Source: Trueperaceae bacterium
GTDB taxonomy: Bacteria > Deinococcota > Deinococci > Deinococcales > Trueperaceae
Direction: 5' to 3'
NCBI GenBank assembly: GCA_034521815.1
Contig: JAXHLW010000001.1
Span: 128,001-192,000, forward strand
Length of the DNA stretch: 64,000 nt
Made by a program: the position numbers and the translations under genes
Notes under the pieces: model-generated
What the model was told of the DNA's origin: nothing
The model's database searches: none
The model's input: only the letters and a program-made list of their open reading frames with translations
Part shown: piece after piece, positions 1 to 12,100 of the stretch
Numbering within the stretch: the first letter of the stretch is position 1
Layout of the letters: each line of letters begins with the position of its first letter

Positions 1-184
1 GCCCGTCGGCGCGATCCGGCTCTGGTTCGATCCGGAGCGTGGCGACGCCGCCTCGCTGTCCGACCTGATGGAGCCCAACGACCCGGCCGAGCTCGAGGCG
101 ATCCCGATCGGGACGGCCGTGAACCGTCCCGGCAACGAGGGGCCCGAGCTGCTGGAGCCGCACGGGGAGGCGCTGCGGGTCTAG
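1..184 (+). CDS. SOS response-associated peptidase (SRAP/YedK/HMCES family), 3' fragment
   Basis: Frame 2 translates to ...IRLWFDPERGDAASLSDLMEPNDPAELEAIPIGTAVNRPGNEGPELLEP..., with TAG at 182-184. This matches the SRAP C-terminal pattern W.DP...PV...VN...N.GPEL.EP. Truncated by the window edge. Confidence 0.8.
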   Translation, partial: PVGAIRLWFDPERGDAASLSDLMEPNDPAELEAIPIGTAVNRPGNEGPELLEPHGEALRV

Positions 185-195
185 CGCCCGGCTCT

Positions 196-251
196 CGTCG
201 CGAAACCCGCGTCGCGACACCCGCGTCGCTACACCCGCGTCGCTACACACC
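196..251. repeat. 14-bp tandem repeat, 4 degenerate copies
   Basis: CGTCGCGAAACCCG / CGTCGCGACACCCG / CGTCGCTACACCCG / CGTCGCTACACACC. Confidence 0.9.
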
Positions 252-280
252 TCGGCTTCGGCCGCGGCGACAATGACGCC

Positions 281-2089
<1,809 letters not shown>

Positions 2090-2094
2090 GCGGC

Positions 2095-4635
2095 GTGGAC
2101 GCAGGCGTGGACGCAGCCGTTCCGTTCGGCCGAGGCGCGCACGATCCCGACCGAGCGGTCGACGCAGCTCGCAGGCGGCTGTCGGAGCTGGGCAGCGAGA
2201 CGGTGGCGGCACGCTCGCTGCCGCCGCGCGAGGGAAGCTTCGCGCCGCTTCCCAGCGACCTCCCGCGTCCGCTGGCGTCGGCGCTGGCGGAGGCGGGGAT
2301 CGAGAGGCTGTACCTGCACCAGCGGGCGGCCATCGACGCCGTTCGGGCGGGCGACGACGTGCTCCTCACGACCGGCACCGCCAGCGGCAAGAGCCTCGCC
2401 TATCAGCTTCCGATCGTGGCCGGCCAGCTGGCCGATCCGGCCGCGACCGCGTTGGCGTTGTTCCCCACCAAGGCGCTGGCGCACGACCAGGCGGACGGCT
2501 TCGCGCGGCTGGCGTCGGACGCCGGGCTGCCCGCCGGCACGGTCGCCGACTACGACGGCGACACCCAGACCCACCGCCGGCCCGGGATCCGGGCCGAGGC
2601 GCGGACGCTGCTCACGAATCCCGACATGCTGCACGCCGCGATCCTGCCGCACCACACCCTTTGGCGACGGTTCCTGACCGGGCTTCGCTGGATCGTGGTG
2701 GACGAGGTGCACGTCTACCGCGGCGTGTTCGGCGGGCACCTCGCCGGGGTGCTGCGGCGCCTGGTCCGGGTCGCGCGCCACTACGGCGCCGACCCGCGCG
2801 TGATCGCCACCAGCGCCACGCTGGGCAACCCGGTCGAGCACGCACGGCGGGTGCTGGGCCGCGACGTCGTCCATATCGACCGGGACGCCGCGCCCCGCGG
2901 GCCGCGCGAGGTGCTGCTGGTGCGCCCGCCGCTGGTCGACGAGGCGCTGGGGCTTCGCCGTCCGGCGTTGGCCGAGGCCGCCTCGTTGGCCGGACGGCTG
3001 GCGGAGGACGGCCTGCAGGTCCTGGTGTTCGCCGGCTCGCGTCAGGGGGCCGAGGAGGCGGTGGTGCAGCTGCGGGGCCGGACGAGCGGCGTCCGGACCT
3101 ACCGAAGCGGCCTGCTGGCCGGCGAGCGGCGCCTCATCGAGCGGGAGCTGCGCGACGGCGTGGCGCGCGTGGTCGTGGCGACCAGCGCGCTGGAGCTGGG
3201 CATCGACGTGGGCGGCGTGGACGCCGTCGTGATCGCGGGCTACCCGGGGTCGGCGGCGGCGTTCTGGCAGCAGATCGGCCGGGCGGGCCGGCGCGGCAGG
3301 CCCGGCCTGGGCGTGCTGGTGCTGGCGGGCGGGCCGTTGGATCAGTACCTCGCTCGGCACCCTGAGCACCTGTTCGGCGCCGCGCCCGAGCGTGCGCTGA
3401 GCGATCCCGACCACCTCCTGCTGGCGCTCGATCATCTGCGCTGCGCGGCGTTCGAGCTGCCGATCGAGCCGGACGAGCGCTTCGGCGGCTACGGACCGGA
3501 GGAGATCGCGGCGCTGGGCCAGCAGATGCGGGCCGACGGCGAGGCGCACGTCGCGGGCGGGCGGATCTACTGGCTGGGGGATCGCTACCCGGCGGAGGGC
3601 GTGTCGCTCCGCTCGGCCGGGCGCGACGAGGTCGCGTTGCTGGCGGACGGGGTCGCGATCGGCACGATCGATGCGCCCAGCGCCCGCTGGATGGTGCACC
3701 CGGGGGCGGTGTACCTGCACGACGGTCGCCCTCACCTGGTCGAGGAGCTGGACCTGGCCGAGCGGGTCGCCCGGCTGCGTCCGACCGACGATGCCGTGCT
3801 GACGCGCGCCAACCGGGAGACGCGGATCGATCCGGTCGGTCGGCCCGACGCCCGGGCCGTGCGCGGCGCGACGGTGCTGACGGGCGAGGTGACCGTCACC
3901 GAGCGCGTGACCGGCTACCGCAGGATGCGGCGCGTGACGCGCGAGACGCTGGGCCGGTTTCCGTTGGTGCTGGAGCCGTCGCGTCTGCGGACGCGGGCGT
4001 ACGCGTTCGCCCCGGACGAGGCCACGGTCGGGCGTCTGCGCGCCGCGGGCGCGTGGAGCAACGACGCCAACGACTACGGTCCCGACTGGCCCAGGCGGCG
4101 CGCGGCCGCGCTGGCGCGCGACGGCCACGCCTGCCGGGTGTGCGGCACCAAGGCGACGTCGGGGACGCGGCTGCACGTTCACCACGTCGTGCCGTTCCGA
4201 GCGTTCGCGAGCGCGCGCGAGGCCAACCGGGCGGACAACCTCGCCACGCTCTGCCCGTCGTGCCACCGCCGTGCCGAGCAGGGCGTCAGGGTGCGGAGCG
4301 GCCTCGCAGCGGTGGCGTACGCGATGCGGTCGCTGGCGCCGTTGCGGGTGCTGTGCGACGCCCGCGATCTGGGCGTGCACGCCGATCCGAGCAGCGCCGT
4401 GGCGGACGGCGGACCGGCGCTGCTGATCTACGAGACGGTGCCGGGGGGCGTGGGGCTGACCGACGAGCTGGCGCGGCGCCATGACGAGCTGGTGGCGGCC
4501 GCGTTGGAGCTGGTCGCCGGCTGCGGCTGCGAGGACGGCTGCCCCGCCTGCGTGGGGCCGGCCGGCGAGCCGGGGCACGCGGGCAAGCCCGAGGCGATCG
4601 CGGTCCTGACGGCGCTGACGGGGAACGACGCGTGA
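2095..4635 (+). CDS. MrfA/YprA/Hrq1-family DEAH helicase with C-terminal DUF1998 Zn domain and an inserted HNH nuclease domain
   Basis: 3' part of ORF 421..4635; start GTG 2095 or 2107, just after the uvrC stop. Motifs LYLHQ, TGTASGKS, TNPDMLH, DEVH, SAT, ATSALELGIDVG, QQIGRAGR; C-terminal CDARD...YETVPGGVG...CGCEDGCPAC; internal CRVC...HVHH...N...N..TLCPSCH. Confidence 0.9.
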   Translation: MDAGVDAAVPFGRGAHDPDRAVDAARRRLSELGSETVAARSLPPREGSFAPLPSDLPRPLASALAEAGIERLYLHQRAAIDAVRAGDDVLLTTGTASGKSLAYQLPIVAGQLADPAATALALFPTKALAHDQADGFARLASDAGLPAGTVADYDGDTQTHRRPGIRAEARTLLTNPDMLHAAILPHHTLWRRFLTGLRWIVVDEVHVYRGVFGGHLAGVLRRLVRVARHYGADPRVIATSATLGNPVEHARRVLGRDVVHIDRDAAPRGPREVLLVRPPLVDEALGLRRPALAEAASLAGRLAEDGLQVLVFAGSRQGAEEAVVQLRGRTSGVRTYRSGLLAGERRLIERELRDGVARVVVATSALELGIDVGGVDAVVIAGYPGSAAAFWQQIGRAGRRGRPGLGVLVLAGGPLDQYLARHPEHLFGAAPERALSDPDHLLLALDHLRCAAFELPIEPDERFGGYGPEEIAALGQQMRADGEAHVAGGRIYWLGDRYPAEGVSLRSAGRDEVALLADGVAIGTIDAPSARWMVHPGAVYLHDGRPHLVEELDLAERVARLRPTDDAVLTRANRETRIDPVGRPDARAVRGATVLTGEVTVTERVTGYRRMRRVTRETLGRFPLVLEPSRLRTRAYAFAPDEATVGRLRAAGAWSNDANDYGPDWPRRRAAALARDGHACRVCGTKATSGTRLHVHHVVPFRAFASAREANRADNLATLCPSCHRRAEQGVRVRSGLAAVAYAMRSLAPLRVLCDARDLGVHADPSSAVADGGPALLIYETVPGGVGLTDELARRHDELVAAALELVAGCGCEDGCPACVGPAGEPGHAGKPEAIAVLTALTGNDA

Positions 4636-5879
4636 GCGATCTGCTGGATCGTCTGCGGGCGCTTCGCGGCGACGCGCCGGCAGACGACGCCGCTCCGGAG
4701 CTCCCTGCGGCCGATCCGGGCTGGGAGGGCGTCGCCGCGCAGCTGGACGCCGCGTCGGTGGTGGTCGAGAACGGGGTGCACCTGGTGCGACGGGCCCGGC
4801 TGGAGCGGGGATCCGTCCACGGTCGGTCGCCGATCGGTGGGGACGGTCTCCACCCCTGGCTCGGCCGCTGGGCGTCCAAAGGCGCCGGTGCGCCAAGGAC
4901 CGTACGCGCGCCCTCGCCGACGGCTCGGACCGCTCCCGCCAAGGTCGTCTACCTGGATACCGAGACGACCGGCCTGGCGGGGGGAACGGGGACGTACGCG
5001 TTCCTGGTGGGCGTCGGGACGCACGACGCGGACGGGTTCCTGGTCGAGCAGCTGTTCCTGCCCGGTCCGGAGCACGAGCGCGCCTACCTGACCGCGCTGT
5101 CGGAACGACTCGCGGGCGCGTCGGCGGTGGTGAGCTACAACGGCGCGAGCTTCGACCTGCCGCTGGTGCGCACGCGCTTCGCGATGCACGGGCTCGCCGA
5201 TCCTCTGGAGGGCGTGCCGCACCTGGACCTGCTTCCCCTGGCCCGGAGGCTGTGGCGCCGAAGCCTGCCGGACTGCACCCTTGGAACGGTGGAGCGCGAG
5301 GTGCTCGGGGTGCGACGGAGCATCCGGGACGTCCCCGGCGCCGAGGTGCCGGCGCGCTACCTGGCGTTCCTGAGGTCTCGCGACGCGCGCCCGCTACGCG
5401 GCGTGCTGGAGCACAACCTGGACGACATCGTCGCGCTGACTGCGATGCGGTCGCGGATCGAGGCGATGCTCACCGTCCGGCTCGCACCGTCGGCGCCGTC
5501 GCGACCCGGGCCGGCTGCCGACCCGTTGGAGCTCCACGGGCTGGGCCGCTGGCTGGAGGCGATCGGCGAGCTGGACGCCGCGCTGGCGCACTACCACGCG
5601 GCCGAGACGCAGCTTGCGGACGCCGCCTGGGACGTGGCGCGATTGCTGCGGCGGGCCGGCCGGCATGGCGAGGCGGCCGCCCGCTGGAGCCGCCTGGCGG
5701 CCGGCGGCGACGCCCGGGCGTGGATCGAGCTGGCCAAGTACCGCGAGCACCGCCTGGGCGACGTCGACGGAGCTCTCGACGCGCTCGAGGCCGGGCGGCG
5801 TTGCGGCGGAGCGCGACACGACGACCTCGAGCGACGCCGGGCACGGCTGCTGTCGCGGAGGGCGCGAGAGCGCGGCTGA
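4632..5879 (+). CDS. MrfB/YprB-like RNase H-fold (DEDD) exonuclease with C-terminal TPR-like helices
   Basis: YLDTETTGLAGGTGT, SYNGASFDLP, HLDLL, EHNLDDI; C-terminal IELAKYREH. GTGA overlap with the helicase, the usual mrfA-mrfB order. Confidence 0.88.
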   Translation: MSDLLDRLRALRGDAPADDAAPELPAADPGWEGVAAQLDAASVVVENGVHLVRRARLERGSVHGRSPIGGDGLHPWLGRWASKGAGAPRTVRAPSPTARTAPAKVVYLDTETTGLAGGTGTYAFLVGVGTHDADGFLVEQLFLPGPEHERAYLTALSERLAGASAVVSYNGASFDLPLVRTRFAMHGLADPLEGVPHLDLLPLARRLWRRSLPDCTLGTVEREVLGVRRSIRDVPGAEVPARYLAFLRSRDARPLRGVLEHNLDDIVALTAMRSRIEAMLTVRLAPSAPSRPGPAADPLELHGLGRWLEAIGELDAALAHYHAAETQLADAAWDVARLLRRAGRHGEAAARWSRLAAGGDARAWIELAKYREHRLGDVDGALDALEAGRRCGGARHDDLERRRARLLSRRARERG

Positions 5880-5897
5880 TCGGCGGGTGTCCGAGGT

Positions 5898-6545
5898 TCA
5901 GTCGTCGCCCGACGCTGCGCCGCGCGCCCCGTCCGTTCCGGCCCCCGACCTGAAGCGACCGCCGCAGCCCTTGTGCCGATAGGCGGCCGGGGGATGCTTG
6001 GGTCTGCGGTAAAGGCCGACCTCGGCGCCACAGCGTGCGCACACGAGCACGTGGGGCGCCGGCACCAGCGGCCCGGCCCGACAGGTCGCCTCCGGCCGAG
6101 CCCCGATCTCGCGCGCCACCGCCCGCCACAACGGACCGTGGTTCATCGCCGCGCGCCCGTGGCGGACGTAGGCGACCGCGTGGGCGATCTCGTGAAGCAG
6201 GGTGTCGCGGACCATCTCGGGCGTGCCGTCCGTCACCAGGTGCCGACTGATGCGGATCGTCCCCGTGGCCGCGCCCGCCCGGACGCGGGTCGTTCCCAGC
6301 GTCCGTTTCCCCCGTCCGAAGCCGAAGGCCCAGTCGTCGAGCCCGTGGCGGAGCATGCGCTCCGCCGCGTCCGCCTCGACGGTGGCGAACGCGGACGGCG
6401 TGGGGCGCGGGCGCAGCAGCCAGACCTTTCCGCGTTCGTCCTCGACGAGGTGGGACGCCGTTCGGCCGCGCGTGGCGTCGTCGGGGGGACGAACGGCGCC
6501 GAGGAGGCGCTGCGCGTGAGCGTGTCGGGACCGGGCGTGGCTCAT
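5898..6545 (-). CDS. SprT-like Zn metalloprotease
   Basis: DTLLHEIAHA (HExxH), HGPLWRAVA, C-terminal CARC...HKGC Zn ribbon. ATG 6545 lies 7 nt after a TAGCCT -10 box. Confidence 0.85.
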   Translation of the reverse strand: MSHARSRHAHAQRLLGAVRPPDDATRGRTASHLVEDERGKVWLLRPRPTPSAFATVEADAAERMLRHGLDDWAFGFGRGKRTLGTTRVRAGAATGTIRISRHLVTDGTPEMVRDTLLHEIAHAVAYVRHGRAAMNHGPLWRAVAREIGARPEATCRAGPLVPAPHVLVCARCGAEVGLYRRPKHPPAAYRHKGCGGRFRSGAGTDGARGAASGDD

Positions 6546-6725
6546 GGCTCGAAGGCTACCGCGCGTCGTCGTACGGGCGCGCGGCCATGGGGTGGTCGTG
6601 CCGAGCGTCAGCACGGCTCGGGCCCGGCGCTCGTGAACGCGTGCCGCGACGAGACTGGCTCACGACCCGGAACGGAAACCCGGCCGCCGCACGCGTCTAT
6701 ACTCGGCCCACACGGAGGAGGACCG

Positions 6726-7613
6726 ATGGATCACGACCGAGACGAGCTCGAGGCCGCCGCGAGGCGGCTCGAGGCGCATCCCGACTACCGCGTCCAACGC
6801 AGGCTGCCCGACGATCCGTGCAGCGAGGAGGCCGGACCGGTGTTCCGGCGCGGCCTGTACGTCGACGTGGAGACGACCGGCATCGACGCGGGCAGGGAGA
6901 AGATCATCGAGCTGGCCATGGTCCTGTTCGGCTACGACGCCGAGGGTCGCATCACCGGCGTCGAGGCTCGGTTCGACCAGCTCGAGGACCCCGGTCGGCC
7001 GATTCCGCCCGAGATCGTCGAGCTCACCGGCATTTCGGACGAGGACGTCCGTGGACGCCGCATCGACGAGGGCGAGGTCGCCGAGCTGGTCCGCCGGGCC
7101 GACCTGATCGTCGCGCACAACGCCGGGTTCGACCGAGCGTTCCTCGAGAAGAGGATCGGCGTCTTCGCCGAGCAGCCGTGGGCGTGCAGCGCGCAGGACG
7201 TTCCTTGGCGCTACGAGGGGATGGAGAGCCGCAAGCTCGAGTTCCTCGCCTATCGGTCGGGCGTCTTCTACGACGGCCACAGAGCGATCGCGGACTGCCT
7301 GGCGGGCGTGTACGTGCTGGCGCGCCCCTTGCCGCGAAGCGGCGTGACCGGCATGGCGAAGCTGCTCGAGTCCGCGCGCCGTAGCGACGTGCTGTTCAGG
7401 GCCGTGGGCGCTCCGTTCTCGACCAAGGACGTGCTCAAGGCGCGTGGCTATCGTTGGCGGCCCGACGCCAAGGTGTGGTGGAAGCAGGTTCCCGAGGCGG
7501 ACGCCGATGCCGAGCGCGCCTGGCTGGCGAGCGACGTGTACGGCGGGAACGTCAGTCGCGCCACCGAAGCGGTCGTGACGGCGTACGAGCGCTACTCGTC
7601 CCGAGGGTCGTAA
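6726..7613 (+). CDS. DnaQ-like 3'-5' exonuclease (DEDDh)
   Basis: YVDVETTG, AHNAGFDRAFLE, HRAIADC; C-terminal APFSTKDVLKARGYRW domain; GGAGGAGG RBS before ATG 6726. Confidence 0.9.
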   Translation: MDHDRDELEAAARRLEAHPDYRVQRRLPDDPCSEEAGPVFRRGLYVDVETTGIDAGREKIIELAMVLFGYDAEGRITGVEARFDQLEDPGRPIPPEIVELTGISDEDVRGRRIDEGEVAELVRRADLIVAHNAGFDRAFLEKRIGVFAEQPWACSAQDVPWRYEGMESRKLEFLAYRSGVFYDGHRAIADCLAGVYVLARPLPRSGVTGMAKLLESARRSDVLFRAVGAPFSTKDVLKARGYRWRPDAKVWWKQVPEADADAERAWLASDVYGGNVSRATEAVVTAYERYSSRGS

Positions 7614-7750
7614 GGCTCCAGCCCGGCCCTCGCACGCCGAAGCACGCGCGCGTCCGAAGACCGTGCGCGCGTCTGCCACGCGGTCCCGGCGTGCGCAGCG
7701 TCCCCAGTGTGATACTCTTCTCAAAACCCCGCGCTAGCTGGGAGGTCGTC

Positions 7751-9166
7751 ATGGACGAAGGCAACGTCCGGCCGCATGCCGGACAGCAGGGAGACGGAAC
7801 CGTACACCGTGTCGGCCTGACGCGGCACTGCATCGCCTCCGGCGTCGTCCAGCTACCCTTCGCCCTCAGGGACACTCTTCCTGAGGGCGAGCTCTTGGCG
7901 CTGGACGTCGAGCGGGACGAAGCCGTCGTGCTCGAGGTCGTACCGCCTCGTGCGCTGTCCGGTCTCGCCGACTTCTTCGAGGCCCACGATCTGCAGGTGA
8001 ACGATCGGCTCGAGATCCGCATCCGTGGCCGCGACCTGGGCGAGGTGCGGCTCGTCGCGGTTCGCAGCGCTCGCCGCCCGACCAGGAGCGAGGACCGTCG
8101 GCTCGGAGCCGACGATCGTGCGGCGGAGCCCAGCAGCGAGCCATCATCCCCGTCCGCCGACTCCCCGAGCGGCTCGGCTGTCCGTGACGACGTGCCCTCG
8201 TCGGTGTCGCGGCCGGGACCGTCGCCGCTGCCCGACACATCGGTCCAGGACGCCCTGGATCACGGCGACTGGTCCTCTGCGCGTGCGTCCTCGGATGGAC
8301 CGGACGTCGTCGAGACGATCGGCAGCGTGACGGTCCGGCGCCTCGGCGCGGGCCGGTTCGCCGCTCCGGCCCCCACCACCCTCGCGCGACGGGCCGAGGA
8401 TCTGGAGGCCGAAGCACCGTCCACGCGCGATGCCCGGCTGGGCGTCAGCGGCCGGACCGACGCCGTGGCCGACACGAGCGCCGACGCGGCCGCCGAAGAG
8501 TCCCCCGGCGAGCCGCTGGACGCGCCTGTCGAGACGCGAACCGAGCCGACCGAGCCGGCCGAGCCGACCGAGCCGACCGACCGACCGACCGGCCGAGCCG
8601 GCCGAGCCGGCCGACGCGGAGCTCGATGACCTGCTGGTCGTGGACGACGCCCAGACGCCGACGCTCGACGGCGCCGTACGACAGCCCAGCCTGTTCGCTC
8701 CGCGAGACGGTGTGCGCCCACCGTTCCGCCCGCCGGCACGACCTCGACCCGCTCCCGATCCTGCGGCGAGCTCTCCTGCGGCGAGTCCACCTGCGGCGAG
8801 TCCTCCGACGACGAGTACTCCGCGGCGAGTACTCCCGCGGCCCGCCCGCGGCCGGAGGCCGTTCAGCTGAGCGAGAGCGACCTCGCCGATCCCGATGTCG
8901 TCGCGACCGTCCGGCAGCGCGCGCGCGAAGAGGAGCTCAGCCGCGCCGGCGACCTGCGCAGCCGGGTCGTGCGCTGGCTGTTGGCACCCACCACGCCCGT
9001 GATCGTGCCGATCGAGCGTGTGCAGCACGCGTTCGATCTTCCGGTCGACGTCGCGCGCGACGTGGTCGACGGCGTTCTCGAGGAGCCGCCTCCCAGCCTG
9101 CGCCTGACGCGCCTGCGCGAAGACCTGCTTCGGGTCTCGCGCGTCACCGTCGAGCACGACGCCTGA
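7751..9166 (+). CDS. Hypothetical protein, two predicted folded ends joined by a Pro/Ser/Asp-rich linker; frameshifted in this sequence
   Basis: GGAGG RBS and ATG 7751. Three missing bases inside tandem repeats (after ~8580, after ~8588, at ~8821) join ORFs 7454..8629, 8430..8870 and 8969..9166 into one ~470-aa ORF. Confidence 0.65.
8540..8615. repeat. 9-bp coding tandem repeat (EPT/EPA)
   Basis: (A/G)CCGAGCCG units; two units lack a G. Confidence 0.9.
8760..8833. repeat. 15-bp coding tandem repeat x5
   Basis: CCTGCGGCGAGCTCT / CCTGCGGCGAGTCCA / CCTGCGGCGAGTCCT / CCGACGACGAGTACT / CCGCGGCGAGTACT (last unit 14 nt). Confidence 0.9.
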
Positions 9167-9185
9167 GCCGAGACGCTGGGCCGCC

Positions 9186-12100
9186 CTACGCCAGCCAGTC
9201 CGACGCCAGCCAGCCCGACTCCAGCCAGGCCGCGAGCGTCGTGGCGGAGGCTCCCGAATGAGCAGCACGGTCGTCGCGCCGGCCTTCGCGCGACGCTTCG
9301 TGCAGGGCGTGCTCGACGGCCAGCACCCGCTCGGCGGGCGTGGACGCCGGTCGCGGATCCAGGTAGCCGTGCTCGCGTAGCCAGGCCGCCAGCGCTTCGC
9401 GGGCGTCGTCCCGGAACCGCTTGACCTCGCCTCGCGCCAGGGCGGCCAGCAGTGCCTCCGCATCCCCGGACGACGCGTCCGCGATCTCGGCGACGCGGTC
9501 CAGGAACGCCGCGCTCACGGCGTCGCTGGCGGCCAGTGCGGCGCGGTCCACGGCACGTCCGCGACCGATGCGCCAGCGGCGCGACCAGGCGCGCGTCGCC
9601 GTCACCCGCGCGCCGAGGAGCTCGAGGTCGGCGGTGCCGAGGAGGCGTTCCGCCTGAGGGCCGTCCGCCAGGAGCGACGACAGCGCACCGATCGTCACGA
9701 TCCTGAGTCGCACCAGGGCGTGCACCAGGTCCAGCCGGTCGTGCAGCAGGTGAAGCGGATGGATCCGCTCCGGTCGCCACGGATCCACGGGCGGTACGCC
9801 CAGCACCGACGCGTAGCCCACGGCGTCCAATCCGTTCGGAGCCGGCGGCTCGCGCCACGCCGGGGGGCGCGCCCCGAGCGTCGGCGTCGTTTCCTGGCGG
9901 CCCCGAATCTCGGCCAGGTCCAGGACGGTGGGCGCCTCGATCCGGCCTTCCGACCGATCGGCCAGCTCGCGCCACAGCACCGCATCGTCCCGGCGAGCGC
10001 TGAGGTAGAGGACCTGCCGGCCCTCGTCGCGCGTCAGCGTGGTGAGCGCCTCTGCCACGGCAGCGAACCGTCCGACGTCGCTGGTCGTCAGCGCCTCGTC
10101 CAGCACCAGCGGCAGCGACGGACCGCCCTGCTCCGCCTCGAGCGCATGGGCCAGCCGGAGAGCCAGCAGGAGCTGTGCCTTCGTTCCGCTGGATAGCTCG
10201 TCCAGGGCGCGCTTGCGACCGTCCGTGCGACCGTCCGTGCGATCCACGGCGTGCACGCGCTCGGCGCCGTCTGCCGTGGTATCGAACGCCAGGGCGAAGG
10301 CGTGATGCGTGAACCGAGCGAACCAGGTCTCGGCCCGCTGGAGCGCGGCGGGCCTGCGCTCGCTGCGAAACGCGTGCTCGAGATGATCGAGCACGGCTGC
10401 GGCCGCTTCGCCGTCCAGCACCTGCTCGTACGCGTGCTCGAGCGCGTCGTGAGCTTGGCGCTCGACCTGACGCGCTGCGGTCAGGTCCCGCTCGCGGCGG
10501 GCGCGCGCCAGCCGCTCGTCGATGGCGGCGATCGCCCCGGTGGCCTCGTCGGCACGGTCGGCGGCCGCTAGCGCCTCGTCCAAGGCGTGACGAAGAGCGG
10601 TCTCGTCGCCTGCCTCGACCTGGGCACGAACGCCCGCGTCCGCGTCGACGATGGCCAGGTGGTGATCGAGAACGCCCTCCAGCCGGATGCGCTCGTCGCG
10701 CAGGCGTCGCCAGTCGGGCAGGCGGTCGGCGCGACGCCGGAGCTCGCGCATGGCGTCCGCGGGGTCGTGCTGGACCTGGTCCAGCGGTCGGTCCGACATG
10801 GCGGCCAGCAGCTCGTCGCGGCGGGCCCGTACCCGATCGAGCTCTTCATGGGCCCGGGCACGGGCGCGATCGGCCGCCTCGCGCCGGGCGGCGGCCTGGT
10901 CGCGCCGACGGACGCGCTCCGCCAGCTGGGCCAGGCGTGCCCGTACCGTCGCCGAGGCCGGCACGGTCGCCGGCGTCGGCTCGTCACCGTGCGCACGCAG
11001 GATCTCCGCCAGGCCGGCCGCACGCAGCTCGGTGTCGAGCCTCGAGCGGGCCTGCTGCAGGTGAGCGATCGCTGCGGCCTCGGCCTGGCGTGCGCCGCGC
11101 AGCGACTGGCCCGCCTCGCGCAGCTCGGCGGCGCGGCGCGCTCGCTCCAGCGCGGATCGCCCCGCCTCGCCTGCGTGCAGGCCGGCGCGTGCGGCACGAT
11201 CCGCGAGCTGACGCTCCAGACGATCCGAGCGGATCTCGGCTTCCTCGAGCTCGGCGTGAAGCTGGACGCGTCGGGCCGAGCGGATGGCCTCGGCCTCCCG
11301 CGCGTGCCGGGCCTCGGCCGCGTCGCTCGCGGCCTGGGCCAGACGGGCGCGAACCGCGGCGCGGGTCCAGACCGTGGGCGGCTCGGCGACCGCGTCCGCG
11401 AACGAGGTCCGCGCCTCCCGCCTCGCTCGCCGGGCACGGTGCCTCTCCGCAGCCGCTCCGGCGTCCAGCACGACACCCACCGCAGCCGACGCGCCCGCCA
11501 GGATCAGCAGTCGTGCGGCGCGGCTGGACAGGTCCAGCGCATCGAGCGAGAGCCAGGCCGCGCCCGCAGCGCCGACGACGGCGGCGAGGTAGGCGACGGA
11601 GCGCGCGCGGCGCCGCCACCGTCCACGGGCGTCGGGCGTCGCCAGCCAGTCGCTGAGCAGGTCCACGGCCCGGTGGGCGCGGTCCGGGTCGACCGACGGC
11701 TCGGGCGAAGGCGGTATCTCCCGCAGCGCGAGCCGCGCCACACGAGCCTCGCTTCGCGCCCTCTGGGCCTCGTCCGCGATCGCATCGAGCTCGTCCAGCT
11801 CCAGCGGCGTCGGTCCCACGACCGCGCCCAAGGGGTCGGGTCCCGACGCTTCCTGCAACGCGGCCACCCGGCCGGCCCGCTCGGCGGCGTGCCGCTCTGC
11901 GTCGCGGACCGTTCGTTCCGCGTCGGCCAGCGCCTCGGCGGCGGCCTGCCACGACGCGACCTGCGCGGCGTCGGGCCGACCGTCCTCGAGACCGGTCGCG
12001 GCCTTCTGGGCGTCGGCCGCGTCGAGCTCGGCCTCCTGCCGGCCCACCTCGCTCACCGCCCGGTCGACGGCGTCTGCGAGAGCGTCGGCGTCCTGAACGA

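Noticed and set aside
4054-4290. Intein or group I intron as the source of the HNH insert
   Set aside because: No Cys/Ser...His-Asn splice termini, too short for a Hint domain, and the reading frame is continuous.
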